Of a stretch of 64,000 nt of DNA, positions 24,461 through 36,602 are shown one piece after another. Source of the stretch: Macrostomum lignano (taxonomy: Eukaryota); assembly GCA_002269645.1 (NCBI GenBank), contig NIVC01000305.1, positions 485,845 through 549,844 of the forward strand, read 5' to 3'. A model generated the notes under the pieces. The model made no database searches and was not told the DNA's origin. It saw only the letters and a program-made list of their open reading frames with translations. The position numbers were made by a program, and so were the translations under genes. Positions within the stretch are counted from its first letter, which is position 1; every line of letters begins with the position of its first letter.

Positions 24461-25984
24461 AAAGGAAAATTGAACGGACAATTAAATTGGCTTTCAGCAC
24501 AGAGCAGGTGCAGAAAAAGCTTACGGCAAAATTAAAGTTAGAGCGCGTTTGCAAATTAACTACTAACAGTAATGCGCATAAAAAGTTAGCAACTTTGTAC
24601 AACAGAAAATTCATAGGTAAATACCTTTTCAGACTTCGATCTCCATGCCAATATCGGGCAGATCCGGGTCGCCTTCGGGCAGCACTTCTGGATGGCGCAA
24701 GCTCGGCTCGAACAATTGACTGCCGCGCAGGTCAGGCTGAGCTGCGGCTGGCTGTTCAGGAGCGGGCTGATCGGCTGGGTCAACTTCGCTTTCGTCGCTC
24801 GACTCGTAGGGCAGCATTGGCCGCTCTGTCTGGCGCGGCGGCTCCTGCGGTCGATCTGCCATCATCTGCGGCACCTTGATGACGTTATTGCGATGTACTA
24901 GCATTTCGGCTGGGCGTCCACGTCGGGCTGTTGCAGGCTGGATCCAGTAGGCTACTTCGCCGACCTTTCTGTTGACCTTGTACATGCTTTTGTACGGCCG
25001 GTGGAACTTGGGCAGCTCTCCCAATTCGAGCTTCGGATTGGCCAGGCAGACCAGGTCTCCGGGCTGCAGTTCCACGGGCTTGGGTCGGTTCTCGTAGTAC
25101 TCTTCGCGACGTTGGATCTCGGCTCGCAATCGCTGTCGCACAATCCTTTCGGTCTCGGCCAGTCTGCGCTGATGCTTCGCGATGTACTCGGGGAGGTCAG
25201 GCGATACGTCCAAGCGGTCTAGGGTGTTATCGATCGGGCACTGATAGGGCACTCCGTAGACGACGTAATGCGACGAGAAACCCGTCGTACGGTTGACAGC
25301 TGATCTCAGGGCTGTCAGAGCGGCTGGCAGCATCTTGTCCCACTGTTTATGGTCCTCGAGGAGACAAGTGAGCACCTTCTTAATGCTCTTGTTGCACGAT
25401 TCAGCTTGTCCGTTAGCCCAGGGCGAGTATGGCGGCGTCGTGTTTTGTCGAATGCCATAGACTTCGCAGAAATGTCGAAACTCATGCCCTGTAAACTGCT
25501 TGCATTGGTCCAATGGATCCACGCCGGGGTTTCCGGTAATCGGGAAGACTTGTTCTTGCAGGAGAGTTATGATCGTCTCGGCCCGCTGATTCTTCATGGC
25601 GAAGGCGAAGGGATATTTCGACGTAGTATCGACGTAGGATTTACTTATTGCCTCGGTCCGTCGGGTCTCCAGTGGGGCCCAGGATGTCGATTGCGCATCG
25701 CCCATAGAGTTCGCAGACCGAGAACGATTGTACATGCGCCGGAATTCGTCGCCGTCCTTTGCTCTGAGTGCAGGTCTGGCAGGAAGCGACATAGTCGGAC
25801 ACTGCCTTGGCCAAGGCAGGTGGCCAGAACCTCTCGCGCACCTTCGCGATGGTGAGATCTCGACCCATGTGTCCGCAGTAAAGCGAACCATGCAGGTCCG
25901 CGAACACCGTGGCGTCGAGACTCTTCGGCAGGACGATCCTCGCTGTGTCTTCTTCGCTGACATCGTCTAGATGGATGACTAATA

Positions 25985-26717
25985 CTCGTATGAATCCGAA
26001 AATCAGCATGATGTGGGTAACGACGCGTTTCGCACTCCTAGGTGCATCTTCAGGTTTATTTTTCAACAACGAAATTAAACAGGTTTTGCGAATAAATATG
26101 TGGAGTTGGTTGTAGGTAAACAAGAAAAATTAGAAAAATTATTGAACAAATCGATATTGGAGAACACATGAGTTAGTCCGTACGGCAGAGTGAAGTCCGG
26201 GGGCGGAAAGAATGTACACCCAGTACTCTCTCTCATCAAAAGACACGGAGTAGGTGACGGCGCCACTATGTTGGAGTTGTGTGTTTAGGCTGGGTGACTG
26301 GGCTTTTATGTGCATGGCCTCAAGAATTCTAAGTTTGAAGTCCGACTGACATTGGTCAATGGTTTTACGGTTTAAAGTGCTCGTTTGGGTTGCAGTTAGA
26401 GCAGCTACTACAATGCAGTAAGTGATCTTGTATAGCAGACGGTTTGAGCCAGTGCTCCCTGGTTCTAGTGTGTAGGTGTCTTTTAGTTTTCCCCACGTAG
26501 GAGACGCTCTGGTCAACAGAGCAGTTGAATTGATAGACGACACCAGCACGCAGAGCACGGGGGACACGCGATTTTAACCGGCCAACGAAATCACCGACTT
26601 TGGCAGATGGCAGTCCGAAAAACAACTGCGAAACGCGTCGTTACTTACATTATGTTGATTTTCGGATTCATTTTCCTTTTACTAGCCAAGCTAGCTACAC
26701 TACCCGGATGACTAATA
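25985..26717 (-). mobile_element. 5'-truncated Penelope-like element (GIY-YIG end + pseudo-LTR, inverted pLTR at 5' junction) nested in the Gypsy integrase
   Basis: VVYQFNC...SYVGKTKRHLHTRTREH and LEAMHIKAQSPSLNTQ. 44-bp inverted repeats at 25991-26034 and 26627-26670 (40/44 identical). 12-bp TSD GGATGACTAATA at 25973-25984 and 26706-26717; removing the insert restores DDGLLVIHLDDV in pol. Confidence 0.88.
26018..26060 (-). ncRNA. Minimal type I hammerhead ribozyme in the Penelope pLTR
   Basis: Minus strand AAUAAAC-CUGAAGA-U-GCAC(CUAGGA)GUGC-GAAAC-GC-GUC-GUU shows the conserved core, a 4-bp stem II, a palindromic ACGCGU stem III and a GUC cleavage triplet. Confidence 0.8.
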
Positions 26718-28775
26718 GTCCGTCGTCTCGGACTCGCAATAGTCAATTGCTCATAGAACGCTAGGAGATTCCTCTCGTCTCTGTCTCTCGTCAGATTCAA
26801 GCGCTGATTTAGCGGCGGTTTCGGTTGTCGACTTTCGATTAAGTTGATCATCATCGCGATGGCAGAGTCAGCACGCTGATGGGTCTGGAGCTCCTCGCGG
26901 GTGACTGGCCTCGGGATGTGATCAGTTAGATTCAATGTTTGGCGTCGGTTAGTCGAATTAGGCGGCGCGGCTTCGGCTGTGGCGGCATGGTTCTGGGTCT
27001 GGAGCTCCCTCCGCATGATCGCTACTCTGACCGATTGCCGGGCTGTTGCATTTGAAGGCCGATCCTCGTCGGTCATTTCGGCGTCATTGTCGGCAGAATT
27101 AGATTTGTCAGCAGATGAGGCCGAGGGTGAGGCAGCAGAGCTGTCCGCGTCACTGCTGAATCTCACTCTTTTCTCGAACACCGGACTGCGAGCGGGTTGG
27201 CAGCGGTCGTCGCTGGCTGCGCTGTGGTCGCTGTCCTCGTCGCCTTCAGCTAGTAGACGGCGGCTCCTTGAAGGGCAACATGTCGTGCTGCTAAAGCTGG
27301 TGGGCGACCTCTGTGAGTCTCGAAAACGGCTGGCTGATGGCCTCGGCTTCGTCGCCGGCGGGTGCAGCGCTGTCAGCGGCTCGCTGTCGGCTGTCGATGT
27401 TGCTGGCGGCGTAGCCTCGCCGTTGGACTCTTTCGGCTTCGTCGGCGGTTTTCGTCGATTCCGGCGGGTCGGTTGCTTCTTGCTTGGTGGAGGGCTACGA
27501 TGGCTGCTGTCGTGGACCTTCGGCGCCACTGCGCCCGTTATCGCGACTGGCTGCATGCTTACTTTGGTCCTCATCAGCTGTCTCGCGCTGAGCCTCCTCC
27601 ATGCATTTAGCGCCGTTCTCGGGCCGTCTCGAGAGACCGTCGGCGTTTTGATGCTGACTTGATTTTTGATGCTGATCTTGAACTCGAATTCACTGAGGCG
27701 CTGTAGCCATCGTCCAAAGATTCCTACTTGTTGAGTTCGCCTTAAGATCCAAGTCAATGCGGCATGGTCAGTTCGGCAGATGAACTTCTTGGCCAGCAGG
27801 TAGATTCGGAAGTGTCACATCCCATCTACGACTGCCAATAGTTCTTGTTTCGTAATCGGATATCGGGCTTCGGCCGGTTTGAGTCGCCGGGAGAAATAGT
27901 CAATTGGTCGCTCAACTCCATCAGCTTGGCGTTGGCTCAGGCAGGCTCCGATTCTGGTCGCAGAGGCATCCGTGTTCAGGATAAACATAACATTAGGATC
28001 CTCGCTGAACTGCGGATACGCGAGCACTGATGTTGAAGTCAAGGCTGCCTTGAGCTGGTCGAACGCGCCTTGCTGGGCTTTTCCCCATAGACAATTGAAA
28101 TTGCGGATTTTCTTCTCTTTAATTAAATCGTGGAGCGGAGCAGCAAGTAGCCAGGTACAAATTTTGCATAGTAAGCGCACGTGCAGACAAAACTTTTAAG
28201 TTGTCGCGCTGTTCTTGGTCTTGGCCAGGTTTGAATTGCCTCGATCTTAGCTGGGTCGGTCTTGATTCCATCCTTCGTTACAACATGTCCCAGATAGTTT
28301 AGACTTGCCCGAAATAGATGGCACTTCTTGCCTTTAAACTTGAGATTAGCGTCTTGGACTCGCTTGAGTACTTCTTCCATATGCCGTAGATGGTCGTTAA
28401 ATTTCTTAGAATAGACGATTACGTCATCCAGGTAGGCTATTGCACTTTTTTAGGCAATCCCGTTAAGCACAGCGTTCATGAGGCGCATGAAGCTAGCTGG
28501 TGCTGAACTTAATCCCATAGGCATAACATTTTAGGTGAATTGTCCGCGGTGCAGCGTAGCGAAAGCAGTTAGATCTTGATCTTCTGGACGCAGAGGAATT
28601 TGGTAGTAGCCGCTGTTCAAGTCAAACGTGCTGAATAGCTGGCTTCCTTCGAGGCTGGCGAATGCTTCTTCGATGTTCGGTATCGGGTACATATAAAAGT
28701 TTTCTGAGATTATATACTTCTAATTTCTCAATCCCCCCAAACTATTTCTTTCAGCTGGGGGACAGTGACAGAGAA

Positions 28776-31700
28776 ATGAATCAGCCAGAGAATCTTAACA
28801 GTGCCACTAAAGCTGCTCAAGATGATGATGAAGATTGTCCAGATCTGGTGAGTCTGGATGAAATCCCAGTAGTAGCTTAGCCAATGCTGAGCCTGCAGTC
28901 ACTGATCTGCCTCCAGTGCCTGTCACAGTGATCACTGGTTATCTGGGCGCTGGAAAGACTACTTTGTTGAACTACATTCTCACTGAGCAGCACGGCAGAC
29001 GGATTGCTGTAATTATGAACGAATTTGGCGACTCTGCCGCTGTTGAGGCGGCTCTCACTGTTGCTGAGGACAATCAGACAGGTAATTTTTGAGAGGCTTA
29101 GCGTAGAGGCTTAAGTACTATGCAGATATTTACGCAGTCATACGCACAGGCACACGCTGACACAGGAGTTTACAGCTTCCCTAACTTTATTAGCCGTTAA
29201 TTGCACGATCAGAGGCAAAGATTTCAATTTAGCCTCAAATTAATCTGACTGCACTTGGAATTGAGCCTGGGCCGCTGGCGCATTAGAGCGCCATACCACT
29301 AGAATTACTTAAATAGTGACTACTCTAGTGACTTTTTAACAACTCAAACGACTGTAATGCAACTGAGAGGCGACTGTTGAGTTACGAGCGCATCACGTGA
29401 GTTGCAGGATTTTTCGCGTGAGTTGCGAAAAAAACTACTAACTCAAGTAGACAAAATAGAGTTGCTATAAATGTGAAAGGCGATTATAATTCATAAAGTG
29501 ACGTGATGCAGATGCGCTTTAGACGCAACTCAGTGATTCTACAGATACGACTCTTTGGAATCGTAAAACCGTAAAATCCCAACGGGCATGAATATCTTCC
29601 CTAAAATTCCCCAAAATCCCATCAGAAGGGATCTTTTGCCTAAAATCCCCAAAATCCCATCTAAAGGGATCTTTTGCCTAAAATTCCACCAAATCCCATC
29701 TGAATGGATCTTTTGCCTAAAATTCCTATAAATCCCATCTGAAGGGATCTTTTGCCTAAAATTTCCCCTAATTCAATCTGAAGGGATCTTTTGCCTAAAA
29801 TTCCCAAAAATACCATCTGAAGGGATCTTTTGCCTAAAATTTCTTAAAATCCCATTTGAAAAGATATTTTGCCTAAAATTCCCCAAAATCCCATCTGAAG
29901 GTATCTTTTGCCTATATTCTCCCAAAAATCCCATCTACAGTGCTGCTCTGTTTAGCGTTGTGACTGTGACTGAGCCATTAGATCGATTAGGTGAGACCTG
30001 GGGTGTGATCTAAAGTCTATCAACTAGCTACTCACTCTCAATCCGCTCAGGCGACAGCAAGACCTCCAGCGGTGGCCAGAAGCGCTACGAAGAATGGCTG
30101 GAGCTGGGCAATGGCTGCCTCTGCTGCTCGTTGAAACATGCTGGTGTTGCCGCGATTGAACGGCTGATGGAGCGTCGAGGTCGATTTGATCACGTGCTGC
30201 TGGAGACAACTGGATTGGCTGAGCCGGGGCCCATTGCAGCTCTGTTTTGGTTGGATGAGCAGCTCGAGAGTTTGGTCTGTCTGGATGGCTTTGTCACTGT
30301 GGTGAGCTGGTTTGGAGTGGGTCTGGGTTTAAGCTGTGAGATGTGGGATCAGAGTCTATAATGGGATCAGGGATTCACGTAATGGGATCAGGGATTCAGA
30401 TGATGGGATCAGGGATTCACGTAATGGGATCAGGGATTCAGATGATGGGATCAGGGATTCAGGTAACGGGATCAGAGATTCAGATGATGGGATCAGGGAT
30501 TCAGATGATGGGATCAGGGATTCAGGTAATGAGATCAGGGATTCGGGTAATGGGATCAGGGATTCAGGTAATCGGATCAGGGTTTCAGGTAATGGGATCA
30601 GGGATTCAGGTAATGGGATCAATTATTCAGGTAATGGAATCAGGGATTCAGGTAATGAGATCAAGGATTCAGCTAATGGGATCAGGGATTCAGATAATGG
30701 GATCAGGGATTCAGATGATGGGATCAGGGATTCGGATAATGGGATCAGGGATTCTGATAATGGGATCAGGGATTCAGGTAATGGGATCAGGGATTCGGGA
30801 TTTGTAATGGTATCAGGGATTTAGGTAAAGGGACAAGGGATTCAGGTAATGGGATCACGGATTCAGATGATGGGATCAGGGATTCGGATAATGGGATCAG
30901 GGATTCGGATAATGGGATCAGGGATTCGGATAATGGGATCAGGGATTCGGATAATGGGATCAGGGATTCGGATAATGGGGTCAGGGATTCGGATAATGGG
31001 ATCAGGGATTCGGATAATGGGATCAGGGATTCAGGATTGGTAATGGGATCAGGATTGGTAATGGTATCAGGGATTCAGGATTGGTAATGGGATCAGGATT
31101 GGTAATGGTATCAGGGATTCAGGATTGGTAATGGGATCAGGATTGGTAATGGTATCAGGGATTCAGGATTGGTAATGGGATCAGGATTGGTAATGGTATC
31201 AGGGATTCAGGATTGGTAATAGGATCAGGATTGGTAATGGGATTTGTTTACCGATCCGATCCCCGAACGCCAATCAGGTGGACAGCCTGAATGCCAGCCG
31301 CCAGTGCTCAGAAGTCGAATGGCAACGCCAGGTAGCCTGCGCTGACACCGTGCTGCTAAGCAAAACCGACCTGCTATCGGATCAGTCAGCATCATCTTCA
31401 GCTGCGGAGTTGACCTCATTGGACAGTGTGGAAGCTCTGGTCAGAGGCGTCAACTCCGCTTGTAGAATCGCTAAAAGTGAGCGAGGCATCGCCCCGCTGG
31501 ATGCCATCCTAGGCCTGGGGGCCTATCGCAATGCTACCGACTTGGCTGACCGACTGCACGACACTGGCGCGAGTAGCGAGTCGCATCGAAGCAAACTGCG
31601 AGCTGATGTCGGCACTCTGGCTATCGACTTCGAGCCTGACGCCGTGTTCGAGCAAGATCGAGTTGAACGACTGCTCGGCGACCTGTTGTGGCAAAGCGAT

Positions 31701-32632
31701 AAACCAATGTTTCCCGAAGCTGCGTTTCTGAGGACTAAGGTGACAAAATATGTGTCTTTTTGTGTGAACTCATGTGTCTTTTTGTGTGAACTCATGTGTC
31801 TTTTTGTGTGAACTCATGTGTCTTATTGTGTGAACTCGTGTGTCTTATTATGTGAACTCGTGTGTCTTATTATGTGAACTTATCATGTGTCTCATTGTTC
31901 ATTGTGTGAACTCATCATGTGTCTCATTGTTCATTGTGTGAACTCATCATGTGTCTCATTGTGTTCATTGTGTGAACTCATCATGTGTCTCATTGTGTGA
32001 AATGTGAGAAAATCTCACCTGTCTATTCAGTGGACTCCCACCTGTCTATTCAGTGGACTCTCACCTGTCTATTCAGTGGACTCTCACCTGTCTATTCAGT
32101 GGACTCTCACCTGTCTATTCAGTGGACTCATCTGCCTATTCAGTGGACTCTCACCTGCCTATTCAGTGGACTCATCTGCCTATTCAGTGGACTCATCTGT
32201 CTATTCAGTGGACTCTCACCTGTCTATTCAGTGGACTCATCTGTCTAAGGCTGTATTTTTGGTTGACTCTCTTAATTGCAGTGCGTGTTAAGATGTCTCC
32301 AAAAAACCTTACAGGCTCACTGTACACAGCAATCAGTTAATTGCAATTAGTTTGTCATGATATAAGTTAGATTCTTGCAGACTAATTAATCTACTCATCT
32401 ACTCAACCAGGGCCTGCTCCGCCTCATAGACGAAAGCTGTGAAGCTTCGTCCCCAGCTCTTTACTCCGTGCAGGGGGTGTACGAGCTGTTCGAATTGCGG
32501 CCGGCTCCAGTTTCTAACGATACTGATGGTTGTTCCGCCCAGCAACAGCTGCAACGAATCGTGTTCATTGGACAGAAGTTGCCGCCAGCTGAACAACTCA
32601 AAGACCTGTTTGTTGATTGTCAAGTTTGGTGA
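28776..32632 (+). CDS. ZNG1: ZNG1/CBWD (COG0523/CobW family zinc metallochaperone GTPase); exons 28776-29081, 30051-30301, 31278-31739, 32411-32632
   Basis: N-terminal EDCPDLV; GYLGAGKTT; NEFG; GCLCC; [10 protein letters not shown]; SKTD; QGVYELFE...IVFIG. All splice phases are consistent except one missing A at ~28861 (GAAATCCC). Confidence 0.92.
29590..29940. repeat. Intronic minisatellite, ~39-bp unit (AAATCCCATCTGAAGGGATCTTTTGCCTAAAATTCCCC)
   Basis: About 9 copies in ZNG1 intron 1. Confidence 0.9.
30358..31240. repeat. Intronic minisatellite, 21-bp unit (GGGATCAGGGATTCAGGTAAT) with derived higher-order units
   Basis: Fills ZNG1 intron 2. Confidence 0.95.
31755..32245. repeat. Two adjacent intronic minisatellites (~22-bp TGTGTGAACTCATGTGTCTTTT; ~23-bp CACCTGTCTATTCAGTGGACTCT)
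   Basis: ZNG1 intron 3; switch at ~32005. Confidence 0.9.
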
Positions 32633-33361
32633 GTAATTGCTGTTGAAGTGTTTTGTTTTTTTTTTGGTTCATTATAAATAATGCATCACTAATCCACTGA
32701 TACTCGTACTAGAGCAACTAGATGGACATTTGCGTGTAAGCTACTTTCAGTTCAGTAGTAATTTAAACAGAAGCATTTTGATGTATTTTTAAAGCCAAGG
32801 CTTTTTTAATGGCTCTTACCCCCCCCCCAGATCTTAAACCCTCCAACCGCGCCGTCCCACATTACCCCCCCCCACCCCAATTTTTATTGCCTTTCTTGGA
32901 ATTCCAGCCCAAAGCTGCCATGTACACTTCAGTGGACTGGCCAATGTACATTATTGCTGAACCAATTAGCAAGTTGTTTTACGCCTGCAAGCTTGGGCTT
33001 CTGAACTTATCAAAGTCATTTCAGCTGCCTCTATTTTTATAAAATAGCTCATGTATTCTTCTTTGCTACTGAACTGAAAGTAGAAAGCTGTTTTACTGAG
33101 TATATAGAACTGAGTCGCTCATCTAGTTATTTACAATCCTATTCTGTTGACAATTGTAGATACAATGTAACAGAGCTGTGTACTACTAGATGGATGTTTT
33201 ATATTGTTTATATGTTCACACATTTATCGTAGATATTTGGTGAGTGCTCAGTTTTAGTACTTGAGAAATCCCCCGTGAGGGAGTTGCTAATGCTATTTGA
33301 GTCTGAATAATCTAAATGACTCACCTGTCAACCTCATGCCCGCAGCCAATCCCAGTCCCTG

Positions 33362-35039
33362 ATGTCAGTCATTCGTCACCACCTGCTTCTCAGCTGCACG
33401 GGCACTGCTGCAATCTCTAGCATTCAACGGTGCCACCAGCTCACCTATCGATCTGAACCGTGTGACCTTCTACTAATTTTAAAATCACAGTCTTCTAACA
33501 GATCAACTACAGATTTAATAGCTAGCATTGACAATCATCCACAATTGAAATTGATTATTGCCCGACGCGAACTCGCGACCTACTCGTCAGCAGCACCAAT
33601 TATCGCTCTGCGTTTGATATTGAATCGAGCGGTGTGCCTTTATCGAATTTTGAATGCCAAAGTTCCTCAATTGCGGCAAGATTATTCGGCAAAGTCATCT
33701 GTCAGTCCAGTGCTGTTTGTTCGCTATTATCCCGATTGCGAGTTCCGGTCTCTTCGTGCCCTGCTGTGGGGCTGTTTGGCTCATCGACTATTGAATTTGG
33801 AAGGTTTGCCTACTACTAACAGTAGTGCAAACACTGCTACTTTGAACCGCGGTGTGATTGAGTTTGACTCGAGATATCGTGACTGGCTTACTACTGACAG
33901 ACACATTTCATTAGTAGTGTCTTCTGCGTCTGATTTGCTAAATTTTACTCATAGAGATGACTCGAGGGCCCCGCGCGACTTGATAGTTGGTCCGGTAAGG
34001 ATTTGAGCTGGCGATATTTTTTCTTAAAAGTACCTAATATAGTACAATAGTAAGTAGTATATGAAGGTCAGTGAATGATTGATTCAATAATTTATGGACA
34101 AAATGAAAATTTCACTTGTGTAAGTCGCCATCACAGAAGATTCTGTCTGTGATCACCGCTTTTGAGAGTGCAGGTAAAGTCTCTCAATCTTTGCGAGTGA
34201 CGCAGCTTAGCAACGCCGCGGCAGACTTGAGTTGAGGAATGAAGCGGGGGAGCGGTGTGCGAGGTTTGGACGGATTAAAGCTAACCCCGATCAGTTTTCC
34301 CGGATCTTTTATTTCAGAATAGTCCAAGAGAAATTGTTCACTGGCACTTAGAGTTGCGACTTTTCAATGTCTTAGCAAAATTGGCATCTTGTTCTTAATC
34401 TCTTCCCAGGTCGATCCAGCCTCCTACTGCAGCCTCGCCGACTACATCGCCAAAGTGTCTTCATCAATCTCAGATCGGTGCATTGAGGACAGCAATTCTG
34501 GTGTGAGTCTGTCAAGTCGGTTAGCACAGTCGGTTTTGATCGCTGAGTTGCTCTGGTGTCGGCCTCAGGAGACGGCTAAGTTCTCGCAGGAACGTCGGCG
34601 GTCCCTGCTGTTCGCCCTGTACAACAGGGCCCGAGCTGAGTCCCTGATGCAGCGAGCTGCTGGAGTATCAGCGCCAGGTGGACTTGACGAGTTGGCTGCA
34701 TCAAGCAGATCCACTGATGAAAATTCAGTCTGGGCGTTGGCCTGGGGTCAGCTGGACACCCTGGTTGATTTATTGGCTCAGTGCCAAACTGATCTGCTGC
34801 TCAGTAATTCTGCTGATTGTTGTTGCTATCGCGATTTAAACCAGCTGGTGCACCGATTGGAGCAGCTCTGCCGAGAATTTGCCAGATTTTATCACCGAGT
34901 TCGAGTGCTGCCTGCTGCTGATGTGTCAGAGCCGGGCAGCCAACTGATGACTAACAAGATTATGTTAGTTAATAAAACTGCTCAGTGGATTGATTTGTTG
35001 AGTCGGTTGATTGGTATTGAGCGGGTGACTTCCATGTGA
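33362..35039 (+). CDS. DALRD3: DALR anticodon-binding domain-containing protein 3-like; exons 33362-33994, 34410-35039 (~420 aa)
   Basis: C-terminal LEQLCREFARFYHRVRVL...LLSRLIGIERVTSM is a DALR domain without a synthetase core; IVGP|V junction in phase 0. The N-terminus may be longer. Confidence 0.7.
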
Positions 35040-35094
35040 GGCTTATATATGTTTGATGAAGGAATAAGAAAATAGACAATAGAAAAATCAGATC

Positions 35095-36020
35095 CTAATC
35101 TCTACCTTCAAGTTTTAGCCTAAACCCTGACCTAAATCCTAACCTAAACCCTAAACTGGACCCTAACCTAGACCCTGATCTGAACCGTAACCTAAACCCT
35201 AAACTGGACCCTAACCTGGACCCTGATCTGAACCGTAACCTAAACCCTAAACTGGACCCTGATCTGAACCGTAACCTAAACCCTAAACTGGACCCTAACC
35301 TGGACCCTGATCTGAACCGTAACCTAAACCCTAAACTGGACCCTAACCTAGACCCTGATCTGAACCGTAACCTAAACCCTAAACTGGACCCTAACCTGGA
35401 CCCTAAACTGGACCCTAACCTAGACCCTGATCTGAACCGTAACCTAAACCCTAAACTGGACCCTAACCTGGACCCTGATCTGAACCGTAACCTAAACCCT
35501 AAACTGGACCCTAACCTGGACCCTGATCTGAACCGTAACCTAAACCCTAAACTGGACCCTAACCTAGACCCTGATCTGAACCGTAACCTAAACCCTAAAC
35601 TGGACCCTAACCTAGACCCTGATCTGAACCGTAACCTAAACCCTAAACTGGACCCTAACCTAGACCCTGATCTGAACCGTAACCTAAACCCTAAACTGGA
35701 CCCTAACCTAGACCCTGATCTGAACCGTAACCTAAACCCTAAACTGGACCCTAACCTGGACCCTGATCTGAACCGTAACCTAAACCCTAAACTGAACCCT
35801 AACCTAGACCCTGATCTGAACCGTAACCTAAACCCTAAACTGAACCCTAACCTAGACCCTGATCTGAACCGTAACCTAAACCCTAAACTGAACCCTAACC
35901 TAGACCCTGATCTGAACCGTAACCTAGACCCTGATCTGAACCGTAACCTAAACCCTAAACTGGACCCTAACCTAGACCCTGATCTGAACCGTAACCTAAA
36001 CCCTAAACTACACTCTAACC
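35095..36020. repeat. 48-bp higher-order repeat built of eight telomere-like hexamers (CCTAAA CCCTAA ACTGGA CCCTAA CCTAGA CCCTGA TCTGAA CCGTAA)
   Basis: About 19 copies, with 6-bp periodicity inside the 48-mer. Confidence 0.92.
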
Positions 36021-36602
36021 TAAACTGCACCTGAACCTTAACTTGAACACCATCCTAAACACACTTTACCATTCTAGGATTTTAGATTTTTTTCGAATTA
36101 AGTTTACTGTGCCGCAAACTAATGATACTGTAGGATCGCTTGCATTCTGGTGTAGTCACTTTGCAATAAAATATGAACTGTTAGGTTCTATTAAATCTGC
36201 TAGCTGTTATTGTTTAGTTTCTAATGACTTCTGATTATGTTTTGTTTTTTTTATTAATTTTTTTCTGTCTTCAGATGAGAAGTAAAAGTGCTAAGATATG
36301 CGTTTAAAGCATTAGTTGACAAAAAATCTGTAGTTTGCGAACTGGTACGAAAAGTTTCTGTACGAAAATTTGCCGGTGGGTTGTGTAATTCGCAGTCACA
36401 CCCATTTGGGCCAACCCCAAGGCACTGAGAGGGTACATGCCCTGACGATTAAAAAATGCAAGGGCCGCTGTAAAGTATTGGGGCGCTTGATCAACATTTT
36501 ATAGGTGCTAGGTGTTAAATAATTTTTTTAATCCTACGGTAAAAATAAACAAAACCTACTTTATTACTTACTTTTCAGAAATCTCATGTTAATTTGGCAG
36601 CC

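Larger units (their letters stand above)
21567..28690 (-). mobile_element. Ty3/Gypsy LTR retrotransposon, 5'-deleted (no 5' LTR, gag or protease) and decayed
   Basis: RT-RNaseH-IN order on the minus strand, polypurine tract and 3' LTR; several stops and frameshifts. Confidence 0.92.
24629..28690 (-). pseudogene. Gypsy pol: RT, RNase H, long low-complexity linker, integrase
   Basis: YPIPNIEE, FDLNSGYYQI, PMGLSSAP, AYLDD, YLGHVV; LNTDAS, YFSRRL, ELLAV; HGSLYCGHMG...CxxC, AIDILGP, PWANGQAE. Confidence 0.92.

Noticed and set aside
28848-28916. Short intron (CTG|gtgagt) to repair the ZNG1 frame
   Set aside because: No downstream AG gives phase 0, and it would cut the CPDLV motif.
35095-36030. 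311-aa RLRFRSG ORF, and similar ORFs at 1942, 3275-4101, 18535-19037, 30336, 39074, 44370, 47045 and 52050
   Set aside because: All are read-throughs of tandem repeats.
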